The notes beneath the pieces are model-generated. The model was not told the origin of the DNA. It did not search any database and saw only the letters and a program-made list of their open reading frames with translations. DNA of 64,000 nt from Candidatus Binatia bacterium (GTDB lineage: Bacteria > Desulfobacterota > Binatia > HRBIN30), in assembly GCA_038245295.1 (NCBI GenBank), contig JBBRSP010000024.1, positions 1-64,000 of the forward strand. The letters are read 5' to 3'. Positions 1-10,238 of the stretch are shown piece after piece. Both the position numbers and the translations under genes were made by a program. The stretch's first letter is position 1, and each line of letters starts with the position of its first letter.

Positions 1-159
1 ACTGGATGCCCACGGCCGCAGCCGTTGGCCCTCGCGATTGATCCGCTGTCGAAGATCCCACAGATGTCTGGCGCCGATTGATCGCCAATAGATCGAGCAT
101 GTTACTCGTGCCCAGAGCCGGATGGGTGTCCTGCCCCGTCTCCTCGTCTCCTGGTCAAA

Positions 160-220
160 GCTGGGTGGGTGTCCTGCCCATGCTGGGTGGGTGTCCTGCC
201 CATGCTGGGTGGGTGTCCTG
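160..220. repeat. Tandem 22-bp repeat GCTGGGTGGGTGTCCTGCCCAT (2 full copies plus 1 partial)
   Basis: Direct repeats read at 160-181, 182-203 and 204-220, with no spacers; a related GGGTGTCCTGCCC sits at about 124. Confidence 0.85.
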
Positions 221-249
221 TTCCATGTCCGCGTGTTCCATGTCCGTTC

Positions 250-315
250 GAGTCGAGAGTTGAGAGTCGAGAGATCGCGCACTCTCGACTCCAAACTGTC
301 GACTCTCAACTCTCA
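250..315. repeat. Inverted heptamer microsatellite hairpin (GAGAGTY n / RACTCTC n)
   Basis: gagtcgagagttgagagtcgagag followed by ctctcgactc...gactctcaactctc. Confidence 0.75.
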
Positions 316-415
316 TTTGCCATCTTTCCACCACGGGCGATTTCATGGCACCCTGACACGCAAACCATGGGCTGCATGCCGCATCTACCGATTGAACTGC
401 GCCCGGCGCGACTTC

Positions 416-3379
416 ATGCATAAGGACTCCTTCCCTTCTGCCTACCAGCGCTACGCCATCGCCGTGCTGAGCGTGGTCGTGGCCGTTGGCTTGCGACGCG
501 CGCTCGATCCGCTACTTGGCGTCCACTTCCCATTTCTCACCCTCTTCCTGGCCATCTTGATCTCCACCGCCGTCGGCGGTCTCGGCCCCGGCGTCGTAGC
601 TACCATCCTCGGTGGCTTTTCGGCGGTATGGTTTCTCCTGCGACCGCGGTACTCGTGGATGCCTATCGAGGACCAACCGGGGTTGTTGCTCTATTTGGCA
701 GTCGGGCTGGGCATCGCCGCCCTCGGTGACCAGTTGCGGCGGGCGCGACGTCGTTCCCAGAGCATCTCGGAGGAGTCCGCTCACCAACGACAGAAGCTCG
801 AGGCGAGCGAACAAGAACTGAACGACTTCTTCGAGAACGCCAATGTCGGCTTGCACTGGGTTGGAGCGGACGGAGTGATCCTTCGTGTCAATCGCGCCGA
901 GCTGGATCTTCTAGGGTACAGTCGCGAAGAGTATGTTGGCCGCCACATCGCGGACTTCCATGTCGATGCGCCGGTCATCCACGGCATCATCGAACAGCTC
1001 AAGGCCGGGGAAACGATTCGTAACCAGCCGGCGCGGCTGCGGTGCAAAGACGGCACGCTCAAACACGTCGTCATCAGCTCGAGCGTCCTTTGGGAAGACG
1101 CGCATTTCGTCCATACCCGTTGCTTCACTATGGATGTCACCGACCGCACCCGAGTCGACGCGGTGCAGACCCTGTTGGCGGCGGTTGTCGAGTCGTCTGA
1201 AGATGCAATCATCACCAAGACTCTCGAAGGCGTCATCACGTCGTGGAACGCCGGTGCCGAGCGCCTTTTCGAATACACCGCTGCCGAGGCGATTGGTCAG
1301 TCGATTATCCTGATCATTCCAGCCGACCGGCGCGACGACGAACGCCTGATCATGCAGCGGCTGCGGCGTGGCGAGTGCATCGATCACTTCGAGACGGTGC
1401 GTGTCACCAAGAGCGGTAAACTGCTGGACATCTCGTTGACCGTGTCGCCGCTGCGCGATTCGAAGGGCGAGATCACAGGCGCATCGAAGGTGGCGCGTGA
1501 TATCACGGCGCGGCGGCAGGCCGAGCGCCGAATCCGCACCTTGGCGGCGCTGGTCGAGCAGAGTGACGACTTTGTCTGCATCAACACGCCCGAGTTGCAG
1601 CCAATCTTCGTGAACGAAGCGGGACGCCGCATGATTGGTCTGGATCCGTTGGAAGATGTAACGCCAACCAATATCCTCGATTTTTTCTGGCCGGCCGACC
1701 GGCCGCGAATCGAGGAGGAGGCGATCCCGGCTCTGCAGCGCGATGGACGCTGGAGCGGTGATGTGCGTTTTCGCCATTTCAAAACCGGCCAACCGATCTC
1801 AACGAAGTGGAAAGCCACCTTGATTCACGATGACGACGGGAAACCCGTCGCTTGGGCAACGGTCAGCCCCAATCTCGGTCCACTGCGGGAAAGCGAAGAA
1901 CGCTTCCGAACGCTCGCCGACAACATCTCGCAGTTCGCGTGGATGGCGGACGCGCAAGGCCGAGCCTTTTGGTACAACCGACGCTGGTTCGAATACACCG
2001 GGACAACCATCGAAAGCATGCAGGGCTTGGGTTGGATGAAGGTGCATCACCCGGATCACGTCGAGCTTGTGGTCGCTCGCCTCGAACGCAGCTGGGATAC
2101 TGGTGAACCCTGGGAGGATACGTTTCCGTTGCGCAGCAAGGACGGCGATTACCGGTGGTTTTTGTCGCGCGCCACGCCGATTCGCGATGCGAGCGGACGG
2201 GTTCGACGCTGGTTCGGAACGAATACCGATATTACGGAACAGCGCGAAGCCGAGGAGGCGCTAAAGCAAGCGGATCGCCGCAAAGACGAGTTCCTTGCCA
2301 CTCTGGCTCACGAACTACGCAACCCGCTCGCGCCGATTCGGACATCCCTCGAGATCATCAAGCGCGCCGGTGATACGCCGGCACTTCTGGAAGATGCGCG
2401 GGCGCGGATGGAGCGGCAGTTGATGCACATGGAGCGCCTCGTCGACGACTTGCTCGACATCTCGCGGATCACCCAGGACAAACTCGAGCTGCGGCGTGAA
2501 CCGGTCGAGATCGGCGCCCTGTTGCATCAGGCGGTGGAGACGTGCCGGCCGATGATCGAGTCGGCGCACCACCAATTGCAGATCGATTTGCCGGACGAAC
2601 CGATCTACCTACACGCCGATGCCGTGCGGCTGGCCCAGGTATTCGGCAATTTGCTGGGCAATGCGTGCAAATATACGCCGATGAATGGGAGCCTGCAGGT
2701 GACGGCGCGACGTCATGGGACGGACGGCGTCGATGTCGTCTTTGCCGATTCAGGCGCAGGAATTCCCGCCGAGATGTTTTCGCGCGTCTTCGAAATGTTT
2801 GCCCAATTGCCCGCTTCTGGGAGCGACGTGAAGGTTGGTCTCGGCATCGGGCTCACCTTGGCGCGTCGACTTGTCGAACTGCATGGCGGAACGATCGAGG
2901 CGTTCAGCGAAGGCATGGGATGCGGCAGCACATTTGTCGTGCGCCTCCCCGTCCTCGGAGCAAACCCTCTAAGACAGTCGTTAGCGCTGACGCCGAACGA
3001 AGAGAGCCCGGGACGGCGGCGTATTCTGATCGTCGACGACAACCACGACGCCGCGCAGTCGATGGCGACGCTTCTCGACATCGCCGGGCACAACACGCAG
3101 GTCGCCTACGATGGGCTGCAAGCACTCGAGACGACCACGAGCTTTCGGCCCGACACCGTCTTGCTGGATATCGGTTTGCCGAAACTGGACGGCTTCGAAA
3201 CGGCGCGACGCATCCGCGCCTTGCCCAATGGCGCAGGGGTTTTGTTGATCGCCCTGACGGGCTGGGGCCAGGACGAAGATCGGCGCAAGTCGAAGGAAGC
3301 TGGGTTTGACCATCACCTGGTCAAACCTATCGACCTGGCCGCGGTGCTGAGTCTGCTCGATCCAACGGAGGCAGCGTGA
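416..3379 (+). CDS. Hybrid sensor histidine kinase/response regulator (DUF4118-like TM region, 4 PAS, HisKA, HATPase, REC)
   Basis: N-terminal TM helices, four PAS-like segments, H-box LAHELRNPL, GLGIGL G2 box, C-terminal receiver ILIVDD...LLDIGLP; start moved to ATG 416 because the upstream ORF extension is repeat-derived. Confidence 0.92.
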   Translation: MHKDSFPSAYQRYAIAVLSVVVAVGLRRALDPLLGVHFPFLTLFLAILISTAVGGLGPGVVATILGGFSAVWFLLRPRYSWMPIEDQPGLLLYLAVGLGIAALGDQLRRARRRSQSISEESAHQRQKLEASEQELNDFFENANVGLHWVGADGVILRVNRAELDLLGYSREEYVGRHIADFHVDAPVIHGIIEQLKAGETIRNQPARLRCKDGTLKHVVISSSVLWEDAHFVHTRCFTMDVTDRTRVDAVQTLLAAVVESSEDAIITKTLEGVITSWNAGAERLFEYTAAEAIGQSIILIIPADRRDDERLIMQRLRRGECIDHFETVRVTKSGKLLDISLTVSPLRDSKGEITGASKVARDITARRQAERRIRTLAALVEQSDDFVCINTPELQPIFVNEAGRRMIGLDPLEDVTPTNILDFFWPADRPRIEEEAIPALQRDGRWSGDVRFRHFKTGQPISTKWKATLIHDDDGKPVAWATVSPNLGPLRESEERFRTLADNISQFAWMADAQGRAFWYNRRWFEYTGTTIESMQGLGWMKVHHPDHVELVVARLERSWDTGEPWEDTFPLRSKDGDYRWFLSRATPIRDASGRVRRWFGTNTDITEQREAEEALKQADRRKDEFLATLAHELRNPLAPIRTSLEIIKRAGDTPALLEDARARMERQLMHMERLVDDLLDISRITQDKLELRREPVEIGALLHQAVETCRPMIESAHHQLQIDLPDEPIYLHADAVRLAQVFGNLLGNACKYTPMNGSLQVTARRHGTDGVDVVFADSGAGIPAEMFSRVFEMFAQLPASGSDVKVGLGIGLTLARRLVELHGGTIEAFSEGMGCGSTFVVRLPVLGANPLRQSLALTPNEESPGRRRILIVDDNHDAAQSMATLLDIAGHNTQVAYDGLQALETTTSFRPDTVLLDIGLPKLDGFETARRIRALPNGAGVLLIALTGWGQDEDRRKSKEAGFDHHLVKPIDLAAVLSLLDPTEAA

Positions 3380-5580
3380 ATAGCCCATTCAGCCTGATGC
3401 GCCGTGTTACGGTTTTCTTCCTTCTTGTCGCCATCAACGGTGGCGCTTCAACCGCGTTGGCGATGGACTGCACTGTGCCAACCTCCATTTCCTGCCCGAC
3501 GATCCAGGCAGGTCTCAATCAGGCGCTGCCGGGCGATACAATCACTGTCCTCGCCGGTGTTTACGCCGAAAAGATTTCATTCCCGCAAAGCGGCAATGCC
3601 GGCTCCGGCTACATCATGCTCGCCGGGCAACCCGGTGCCGTTCTCGACGGCACGTTGGTGGGCGGTAGCAACATGGTGCTCATCGACTCGCGCAGTTACG
3701 TAAAGCTCATCGGTTTCGAGATCCGTAACAACCTCAACGTGCGCGACGGCTCCGGCGTGCGAATCCTCGGTAGCGGCTCGCATATCGAGATTCGCAACAA
3801 CGTCATTCACGATATCCGCGGCAAAGACGCCATGGGCATCACGGTTTACGGCACGGCGTCGTCGTCGATTTCCGACCTCATCATCGACGGCAACGAGGTC
3901 TACGACTGTGATCCGGCGCGCAGCGAGGCGCTGACGCTCAATGGCAATGTCGAGCTCTTCGAAGTCACCCACAACTACGTGCACGACGTCAACAACATCG
4001 GCATCGACTTCATCGGCGGCGAGACCTCGATTCAACCGGATACCGCGAAGGTCGTGCGCAACGGCGTGTGTCGCGGCAACCGCGTCTTCCGGGCTCGCTC
4101 AGTCTATGAAGGCGGCTTCGCTGGCGCCATCTATGTCGATGGTGGGCGCGACATTGTGATCGAGCGCAACATCACCTCGGAGAGCGATCTCGGTCTCGAG
4201 GTTGGCGCCGAGAACAATGGTATCCTCACCCAGAACATCAGTGTGCGCGACAACGTGATCTATCATAACGACAAGGTCGGCATCGTCTTCGGCGGCTTCA
4301 GTGCTGCCGTCGGACGCGTTCAGAACTGCAGCTTCACGAACAACACACTCTTCGAAAACGACACTCTCGGCGCCGGCTTGGGCGAGCTGTGGATCCAGTT
4401 CGGCGACAACAACACGATCCGCAACAACATCTTCGACGGTGGCCAGGATGTTCTGCTGCGCTCCGAAGCGCCCAACGTCGGCAATCTCCTCGATTACAAT
4501 CTCTGGCGCACGACGACGTCGGCGCCCACCTTCGTTTGGAACGGTATCGAGCAGAACGGGCTGGCGGCATTCCAGGCCGCATCGGGGCAAGACGCGCACG
4601 CGATCAGCAGCGATCCGCAGTTCGTCAACGCAGCGCTGGCCGACTTCCACTTGCGCTCGGTCTCGGCGGCGCGAAACGCCGGCGATCCGGGGTTTGTCAC
4701 GGCGCTTGGCGAAGTGGACCTTGATGGAGCGCCACGTATTTCGGCGGCGCGTGTCGACATCGGCGCCGACGAGATCACTTGTGGCGACGCGGTGCTGGAT
4801 GCCGGCGAGAGTTGTGATGACGGTAACCTCGTCGACTGCGACGGCTGCGATAGCAACTGCACTGCCAGCGCGACGTGCGGCAACGGCATCCGCTGTGGTA
4901 CCGAACAGTGTGATGATGGGAACCTTCTGAACGGTGATTGTTGCGCCGCCGCCTGCACCTTCGAACCTGCGGCGACGTCCTGCAGCGATGGCAACCTGTG
5001 CACCAACTTCGACGCGTGTGACGGCGCCGGCGTGTGCATCGGCAGCGCCGTGCCCTTGCCCGCGCTGCAGTGTCACGAACCGATTCTATCCGGCAAGGCG
5101 TCGTTGCAGATCAAAAACAACGCGACGAACGACGGCCGCGACAGCGTCAGGTGGAAGTGGGGCAGGGGGCAGGCCACGACGAGCCTCGAGCTCGGCGATC
5201 CGTTGAGCACGACGGAGTACGCGTTATGCGTCTACGATCAGTCGATGCAGCCACAGCCGATCCTCGCCGCGTCGGTGCCGCCCGGTGGAACGTGTGCGGC
5301 ACGTTCCTGCTGGAAGACAATGCGCAACGGATTCCGTTTCGCCAGTCGCAGCGGTAGTGCGGCGGCGCACGGTGTCACCAGGATTGTGCTGACCGCCGGT
5401 GTCGACGGCAAAGCGAAGGTGTCGTTGACGGCCAGGGGTGTCTACGTTGATACACCAACTCTCGGGCTGGCACCGACCGTCACGGCGCAACTGCGCAACG
5501 GTGTCGGTGCCTGCTGGGGCGCCATATTCAGCAACGTCGCGCGCAACGACGCGACCCAGTATCGAGCCAAGAGCGATTAG
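3376..5580 (+). CDS. Secreted right-handed beta-helix protein with Cys-rich (CGDG/CDDGN, DUF4215-like) repeats and a Cys-containing C-terminal domain
   Basis: Signal peptide, Asn-rich parallel beta-helix repeats, DPQFV...DFHL...VDIGADE motif, ESCDDGN/EQCDDGN repeats. Confidence 0.8.
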   Translation: MNSPFSLMRRVTVFFLLVAINGGASTALAMDCTVPTSISCPTIQAGLNQALPGDTITVLAGVYAEKISFPQSGNAGSGYIMLAGQPGAVLDGTLVGGSNMVLIDSRSYVKLIGFEIRNNLNVRDGSGVRILGSGSHIEIRNNVIHDIRGKDAMGITVYGTASSSISDLIIDGNEVYDCDPARSEALTLNGNVELFEVTHNYVHDVNNIGIDFIGGETSIQPDTAKVVRNGVCRGNRVFRARSVYEGGFAGAIYVDGGRDIVIERNITSESDLGLEVGAENNGILTQNISVRDNVIYHNDKVGIVFGGFSAAVGRVQNCSFTNNTLFENDTLGAGLGELWIQFGDNNTIRNNIFDGGQDVLLRSEAPNVGNLLDYNLWRTTTSAPTFVWNGIEQNGLAAFQAASGQDAHAISSDPQFVNAALADFHLRSVSAARNAGDPGFVTALGEVDLDGAPRISAARVDIGADEITCGDAVLDAGESCDDGNLVDCDGCDSNCTASATCGNGIRCGTEQCDDGNLLNGDCCAAACTFEPAATSCSDGNLCTNFDACDGAGVCIGSAVPLPALQCHEPILSGKASLQIKNNATNDGRDSVRWKWGRGQATTSLELGDPLSTTEYALCVYDQSMQPQPILAASVPPGGTCAARSCWKTMRNGFRFASRSGSAAAHGVTRIVLTAGVDGKAKVSLTARGVYVDTPTLGLAPTVTAQLRNGVGACWGAIFSNVARNDATQYRAKSD

Positions 5581-5596
5581 GGCATTTTAGCGGCGC

Positions 5597-6871
5597 ATGG
5601 CGGTGAGGCAGAGAACGTTCCAAGGCGTCATCCTGCACGGGCTGGTGCTGGTCGCGCTGATCGCCGCTGCGGCGCATTCGGTCGCGGCGATTGATGTACT
5701 GGAGGTCGAGGAGGATATCGCCAACCTCCTGCCGACAGTCGAAGGGCAGGATAAGTCGGACACGGCCGAGACACGTCGCTGGGCTCTGTTGCCGCAGGCG
5801 GGGTATGGCCCCGACACCGGACCTGTCGCCGGTGTCAAATACACGCACCGAGATTTTCTGCAGACGGGTGCGACGATTGATCTCGGCGCGACGTATGCGG
5901 TCATCAATCAACAAACCGGACTGGCTTTGTCGCTGAGCGAACCGCATCTGTTGGACGGACGTCTGCTGACGGATGTGCGCTTGCGTTTCGATACCAATCC
6001 GCAACGCGAATTCTTTGGCCTGGGGAACAATCAGCAGGGGCCGGATCCCGCGTCGACGAACTCGTTTCAGAACCTTGTCGGCTCCTTCACGGTCGGTTGG
6101 AAGCTGCTCGACACGGTGTCGCTGAACCTCGGCGTGCGTCTACGGAAGGTAAACATCGGTCGCGGTGACGAGCGCAACCATTGCGATGGGCAAACTCCCT
6201 GTCCGGCGACACGCGACGAGTTTCCCGATCTGCCTGGTGTGGCCGGTGGACTGGCGAACACACTCAACGTTTCGCTGGTGTGGGATGATCGCGATAGCAT
6301 CGTGCGTCCCACCATCGGTTGGCGCGGCATCCTGAAAGTCATGCACACCAACAAATCGTTCTTCGGCGATTACGAGTTCACGCGCTACATCGCCGATCTC
6401 AGCTACCTGCGCGCCTTCTTTGATGATCGCTGCATTCTCGGGTTGCGCATCGGCGGCGAATACGTCGCCGGACCGAACGGCCAGATCCCCTACTGGGAGC
6501 TGGCGGAGCTCGGCGGAGAAGACACGATGCGCGGCTTCTTTCCGCATCGATTCGTCGGCCAAGAGCGCGTTCTACTGAATGCCGAGACGCGCTTTCTGAT
6601 CACGGAGTTCGACTTCTACGACCTCTGGCACGTCAAGCTCGACGGCGTGCTGTTCGGCGACGGTGGTCGCGTCTTTCTGAATAGCTCGGAGGCGAAGAAC
6701 GAGTTCAAGCTCAACCAGCAGATCTTCAATCGCATCATCGACAACTTCCAATACAGCTATGGCGGCGGTGTGCGCATCGCCCTCGGCCACGCCCTGGTGG
6801 CGCGCATCGATGCCGGCTTCAGCGAGGAAGAGACCGGACTGCTCTACCTCTCCTTCGGCCAGACGTTCTGA
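5597..6871 (+). CDS. Omp85/BamA-TamA family outer-membrane beta-barrel, apparently without POTRA domains
   Basis: Signal peptide, LGG-xx-MRGF lid-lock motif, DGGRV, C-terminal YLSFGQTF. Confidence 0.85.
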   Translation: MAVRQRTFQGVILHGLVLVALIAAAAHSVAAIDVLEVEEDIANLLPTVEGQDKSDTAETRRWALLPQAGYGPDTGPVAGVKYTHRDFLQTGATIDLGATYAVINQQTGLALSLSEPHLLDGRLLTDVRLRFDTNPQREFFGLGNNQQGPDPASTNSFQNLVGSFTVGWKLLDTVSLNLGVRLRKVNIGRGDERNHCDGQTPCPATRDEFPDLPGVAGGLANTLNVSLVWDDRDSIVRPTIGWRGILKVMHTNKSFFGDYEFTRYIADLSYLRAFFDDRCILGLRIGGEYVAGPNGQIPYWELAELGGEDTMRGFFPHRFVGQERVLLNAETRFLITEFDFYDLWHVKLDGVLFGDGGRVFLNSSEAKNEFKLNQQIFNRIIDNFQYSYGGGVRIALGHALVARIDAGFSEEETGLLYLSFGQTF

Positions 6872-6872
6872 T

Positions 6873-7265
6873 GTAGGGGTGCCTCGAGAGACGCCCGGTT
6901 CGGCGGCGGGTGCGCTCGGCGTCGACGCCGCGAATCAACCAGGCCCGATGGTTTATCGGCCAGAGGCCGACGGAAAGCCCAAATATGGCACTTCGCAAGC
7001 CCATCCCTCCTCCTACGACGCGCTAGGAAGCCCCAGGATCGACGATCGCGACCCAGGACGACTCTACCTACGCACCTAAACTCAACGTTTTTCGGCTTTC
7101 CCGGGAGATACCCCTTGGAAAATATGAGGTTTCTCATCACTGAGCGAGTCGGAACCCCGGGATCCATGTACCTACCCGATGAACAAACCAAGACGCGCCC
7201 CGGTAGGGGACCGTCAGCCTTTTGGCGCCACACAGTTCGCCGGGCGGTTCTCGAACGACCCCTAC
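6873..7265. repeat. Segment bounded by imperfect inverted GTAG-type REP ends
   Basis: GTAGGGGTGCCTCGAGAGACGCCCGG (6873-6898) versus CCGGGCGGTTCTCGAACGACCCCTAC (7240-7265). Confidence 0.55.
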
Positions 7266-7358
7266 CTCGAACACAAAATACGCGCGCCGGATGAAGCCGT
7301 ATTGTTGACCCCGACGGTCATCGCCCGTAGCCTGCGCGCTCGCAGCGAAGGAGGCTCC

Positions 7359-8372
7359 ATGGAATACAAACGGCTCGGCAATTCGGGACTCAGGGTTTCA
7401 CGTCTGTGTGTCGGCACGATGATGTTCGGCCGTTGGGGTAATCCCGATCACGAGGACTGTGTACGGATCATGCACCGCGCCTTCGACGAGGGTGTCAACT
7501 TCGTCGACACGGCGAATCGTTACGCCTTCGGCGAATCGGAAGAGATCGTCGGCAAGGGATTACGCGGGCGGCGTGACAACATCGTCGTTGCCACCAAGGT
7601 GTTCATGCCGGGCGGCGGCGGTATCAACGACCGCGGCACGTCGCGCCGTCACATCATGCAGCAGGTTGAAGACAGTCTGCGCAAGCTCGGCACCGACTGG
7701 ATCGACCTCTACCAACTGCATCGCAACGACATCAACACGCCGATCGAAGAGACGCTCAGCGCCCTCAACGATCTCGTGCATCAGGGCAAGGTGCGCTACA
7801 TCGGCGTCTCGACCGGCCACGCCTCGGATCCGGTCGACCTGCAATGGAGCGGCTGGCGCATGGTCGAGTCGTTGTGGCTCAGCGAGCGCCGCGGCTTCGA
7901 GCGTTTCATTTCGACCCAGCCGCCGTATTCGATCTTTTCGCGCGATGTCGAACGCGACATCTTCCCCGTTTGTGAGCGCTTCGGCTTCGGCGCGATCGTC
8001 TGGAGCCCGCTCGAAGGTGGTTGGCTCGGCGGCCGCTACCGGCGCGGGCAAGAGGTTCCAAAGGACTCGCGTGCCGCCAACGAAACCGAGTTCGGCATGT
8101 TCGTGCGCGACAACTTCAATCTCGACTCGGAACGCGGCCGGCGCCGCCTCGAGATTGTCGAAGAGCTGGTCGGCATGGCCGAGCAACTCGGCACCAACCT
8201 CGCCGACTACGCCACGGCCTGGGTCCTGCATCATCCGGCGGTGACGGCGGCGATTGTTGGCCCACGCGTCATGCGCCATCTCGACGGCGCTCTCGAGGCA
8301 CTCAAGGTCAAGATCCCGCCGGAGCATCTGCAACGCATTGATCAACTCGTGGCGCCCGGGACCCGGCTCTGA
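7359..8372 (+). CDS. Aldo/keto reductase
   Basis: YKRLGNSGLRVSRLCVGTM, DTANRY, ATK, IDLYQLH, WSPL motifs; RBS GGAGG before ATG 7359. Confidence 0.93.
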   Translation: MEYKRLGNSGLRVSRLCVGTMMFGRWGNPDHEDCVRIMHRAFDEGVNFVDTANRYAFGESEEIVGKGLRGRRDNIVVATKVFMPGGGGINDRGTSRRHIMQQVEDSLRKLGTDWIDLYQLHRNDINTPIEETLSALNDLVHQGKVRYIGVSTGHASDPVDLQWSGWRMVESLWLSERRGFERFISTQPPYSIFSRDVERDIFPVCERFGFGAIVWSPLEGGWLGGRYRRGQEVPKDSRAANETEFGMFVRDNFNLDSERGRRRLEIVEELVGMAEQLGTNLADYATAWVLHHPAVTAAIVGPRVMRHLDGALEALKVKIPPEHLQRIDQLVAPGTRL

Positions 8373-8396
8373 TGCCCGATCGTCGTCCCGGCAAAG

Positions 8397-8718
8397 GAGT
8401 CTGTCGATTTTCGCCGATCTCATCTTCAAGTCGCGCAAACACCTCCGTCATTGCGGCGAAAGCCGGAATCTCCCCAGCGTTTCCGCGATTCCGGTCGACG
8501 AGATCGCGGCTTTCGAGTGTGTCGATTTACGCGGAACCAAATATGAAACCGAGCAGACCTATCCGTCATACCGGCGAAAGCCGGTATCTCGCCAGCTTTC
8601 GAGGCTTCCAGCAGGGGGAGATCCCGGTTTTCACCGGGATGACGTTGCTTCATTTCAGCTTATCGACAGCCTCTTTCGCCGGGATGACGATGGTGTCTCC
8701 GAAGTTATCGACAGTCTC
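8397..8718. mobile_element. Nested pair of REP-loop MITEs (outer 8397-8718, inner 8515-8673 with TTTC duplication)
   Basis: Ends GAGTCTGTCG/CGACAGTCTC (outer) and GAGTGTGTCG/CGACAGCCTC (inner); TTTC at 8511-8514 and 8674-8677. Confidence 0.75.
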
Positions 8719-8762
8719 GCAGGCTAGAACGACCAAGAGGTTCGGAACTAGGAGGACCATAC

Positions 8763-9377
8763 ATGCGCATCATCGGCGCCGGACTCGGTCGCACCGGCAC
8801 ACACTCTCTCAAGATCGCCCTCGAGAAGCTTCTCGGCGGCACCTGTCACCACATGGTGGAAGTCTTCTCGCATCCGGCGGAGGTGCCGGTGTGGCACCGC
8901 GCCGCGCTTGGCGAGATGCCCGACTGGCACAAGTTTCTTGCTGACTACACGGCGACGGTCGATTGGCCGGCGGCGGCGTTTTGGCGTGAGCTGGCGGCAG
9001 CCTTCCCCGATGCGCCGATTCTGTTGTCGACGCGTAGCGCCGAGTCCTGGTACCGCAGCGCCCACAACACCATCTTCGTGCGCCTCCAGGATCCACCAAA
9101 GCCCGGCGAAGACGTGTGGTTCGACATGGTCGATGCGCTGATTCGCGGGCGCTTCTGCGCCGAGCTCGACGATCCGAAGGCGGCAATGGCAGCCTTCGAC
9201 CGGCACAATGAGGAAGTGCGTCGCACCATCCCCGCGCACCGCCTCGTCGAGTGGACGGCAAGCAACGGTTGGGGGCCGCTGTGCAAGGCGCTCGGCGTGG
9301 ATGTACCGGACGAGCCGTTTCCGCTGACCAATACGACCAACGAGTTCCGCGGCCGTATGGGGCTGGAGCCGGTTTGA
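8763..9377 (+). CDS. Sulfotransferase-family P-loop protein (Sulfotransfer_4-like)
   Basis: IIGAGLGRTGTHSLK...CHHM, DWP, GWGPLC...PFP; RBS AGGAGG. Confidence 0.88.
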   Translation: MRIIGAGLGRTGTHSLKIALEKLLGGTCHHMVEVFSHPAEVPVWHRAALGEMPDWHKFLADYTATVDWPAAAFWRELAAAFPDAPILLSTRSAESWYRSAHNTIFVRLQDPPKPGEDVWFDMVDALIRGRFCAELDDPKAAMAAFDRHNEEVRRTIPAHRLVEWTASNGWGPLCKALGVDVPDEPFPLTNTTNEFRGRMGLEPV

Positions 9378-10174
9378 TGAGCGAGGCAATCTTTCTGACG
9401 CAAGGCGACGCCTTCCTACCGACCGATCTGGCGCGCGGCCCGTGGACGCCCCTGGCTCTGCACGGCGGCCCGCCGGCGGCTTTACTGGCCCGTGCCATCG
9501 AGCGCTTCGAAGCGGACAACTCGATGCTCGTGGCGCGGCTGACGATCGAGTTGCTGCGGCCAGTGCCGGTGGCGCCGCTGACGATTCGCACGCGCTTGCT
9601 GAGACCAGGGAAGAAGGTTCAACTGATCGAGGCGACGCTGTTGGCCGGTGAAGTCGAAGTGGCGCGGTGCACGGCGCTGCGCTTACGGCGCGCCGACCTG
9701 CCGGTGCCCTCTGACATTTCACGTGTGCCCTCGCCTCCGGGCCCGGAGACAGGAGGTCCCACGCAGCCGCCGTGGAACGAGGCAATCGCCTACGCCGCCT
9801 TCCACAGCAACGCCGTCGAGCATCGCTTTGTCGCCGGTAGCTTCGCCGAGGGCGGTCCGGCAACCGATTGGATTCGCCTGCGCGCCCCGCTGCTCGACGG
9901 TGAAGCCACCTCGCCGTTGTGCCGGGTCGCTGCCGCCGCCGACTTCGGCAACGGCGTCAGCTGGGTGCTCAACCGCCGCGCCGGTTACACCTTCATCAAT
10001 CCCGATTTGACGATCTACCTGCACACATACCCGGTCGGCGAATGGATCTGCCTCGACGCGCGCACCGACGTGACCGATCACGGCATCGGCATGGCCGAGA
10101 GCCTGCTGTTCGACGAGCGCGGCGTCATCGGTCGCGCCGTGCAGAGCTTGTTGCTCGATCGCATTGCGACTTGA
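9377..10174 (+). CDS. Acyl-CoA thioesterase-family (double hotdog) protein
   Basis: GPW...HGGPPAALL, ADFGNG, INPDLTIYL; start overlaps upstream stop (TGATG). Confidence 0.88.
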   Translation: MSEAIFLTQGDAFLPTDLARGPWTPLALHGGPPAALLARAIERFEADNSMLVARLTIELLRPVPVAPLTIRTRLLRPGKKVQLIEATLLAGEVEVARCTALRLRRADLPVPSDISRVPSPPGPETGGPTQPPWNEAIAYAAFHSNAVEHRFVAGSFAEGGPATDWIRLRAPLLDGEATSPLCRVAAAADFGNGVSWVLNRRAGYTFINPDLTIYLHTYPVGEWICLDARTDVTDHGIGMAESLLFDERGVIGRAVQSLLLDRIAT

Positions 10175-10238
10175 CGAGCGGTCGGGTTGACAGATTTATA
10201 CGGGGCTTGAGCACGACACGGCTGTAAATCGCGCCGCT

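Noticed and set aside
160..220. Possible mini-CRISPR
   Set aside because: The repeats are contiguous with no spacers, and no cas genes are present.
122..415. N-terminal extension of the kinase ORF
   Set aside because: It translates tandem and heptamer repeats; ATG 416 directly precedes the first TM segment.
8372..8944. ORFs sharing RHTGESRYL / SYRRKPVSRQL peptides (also near 21.5, 31.2, 49.8 and 58.4 kb) as a protein family
   Set aside because: These are translations of the non-coding MITE in several frames and both strands, with no consistent start or stop.
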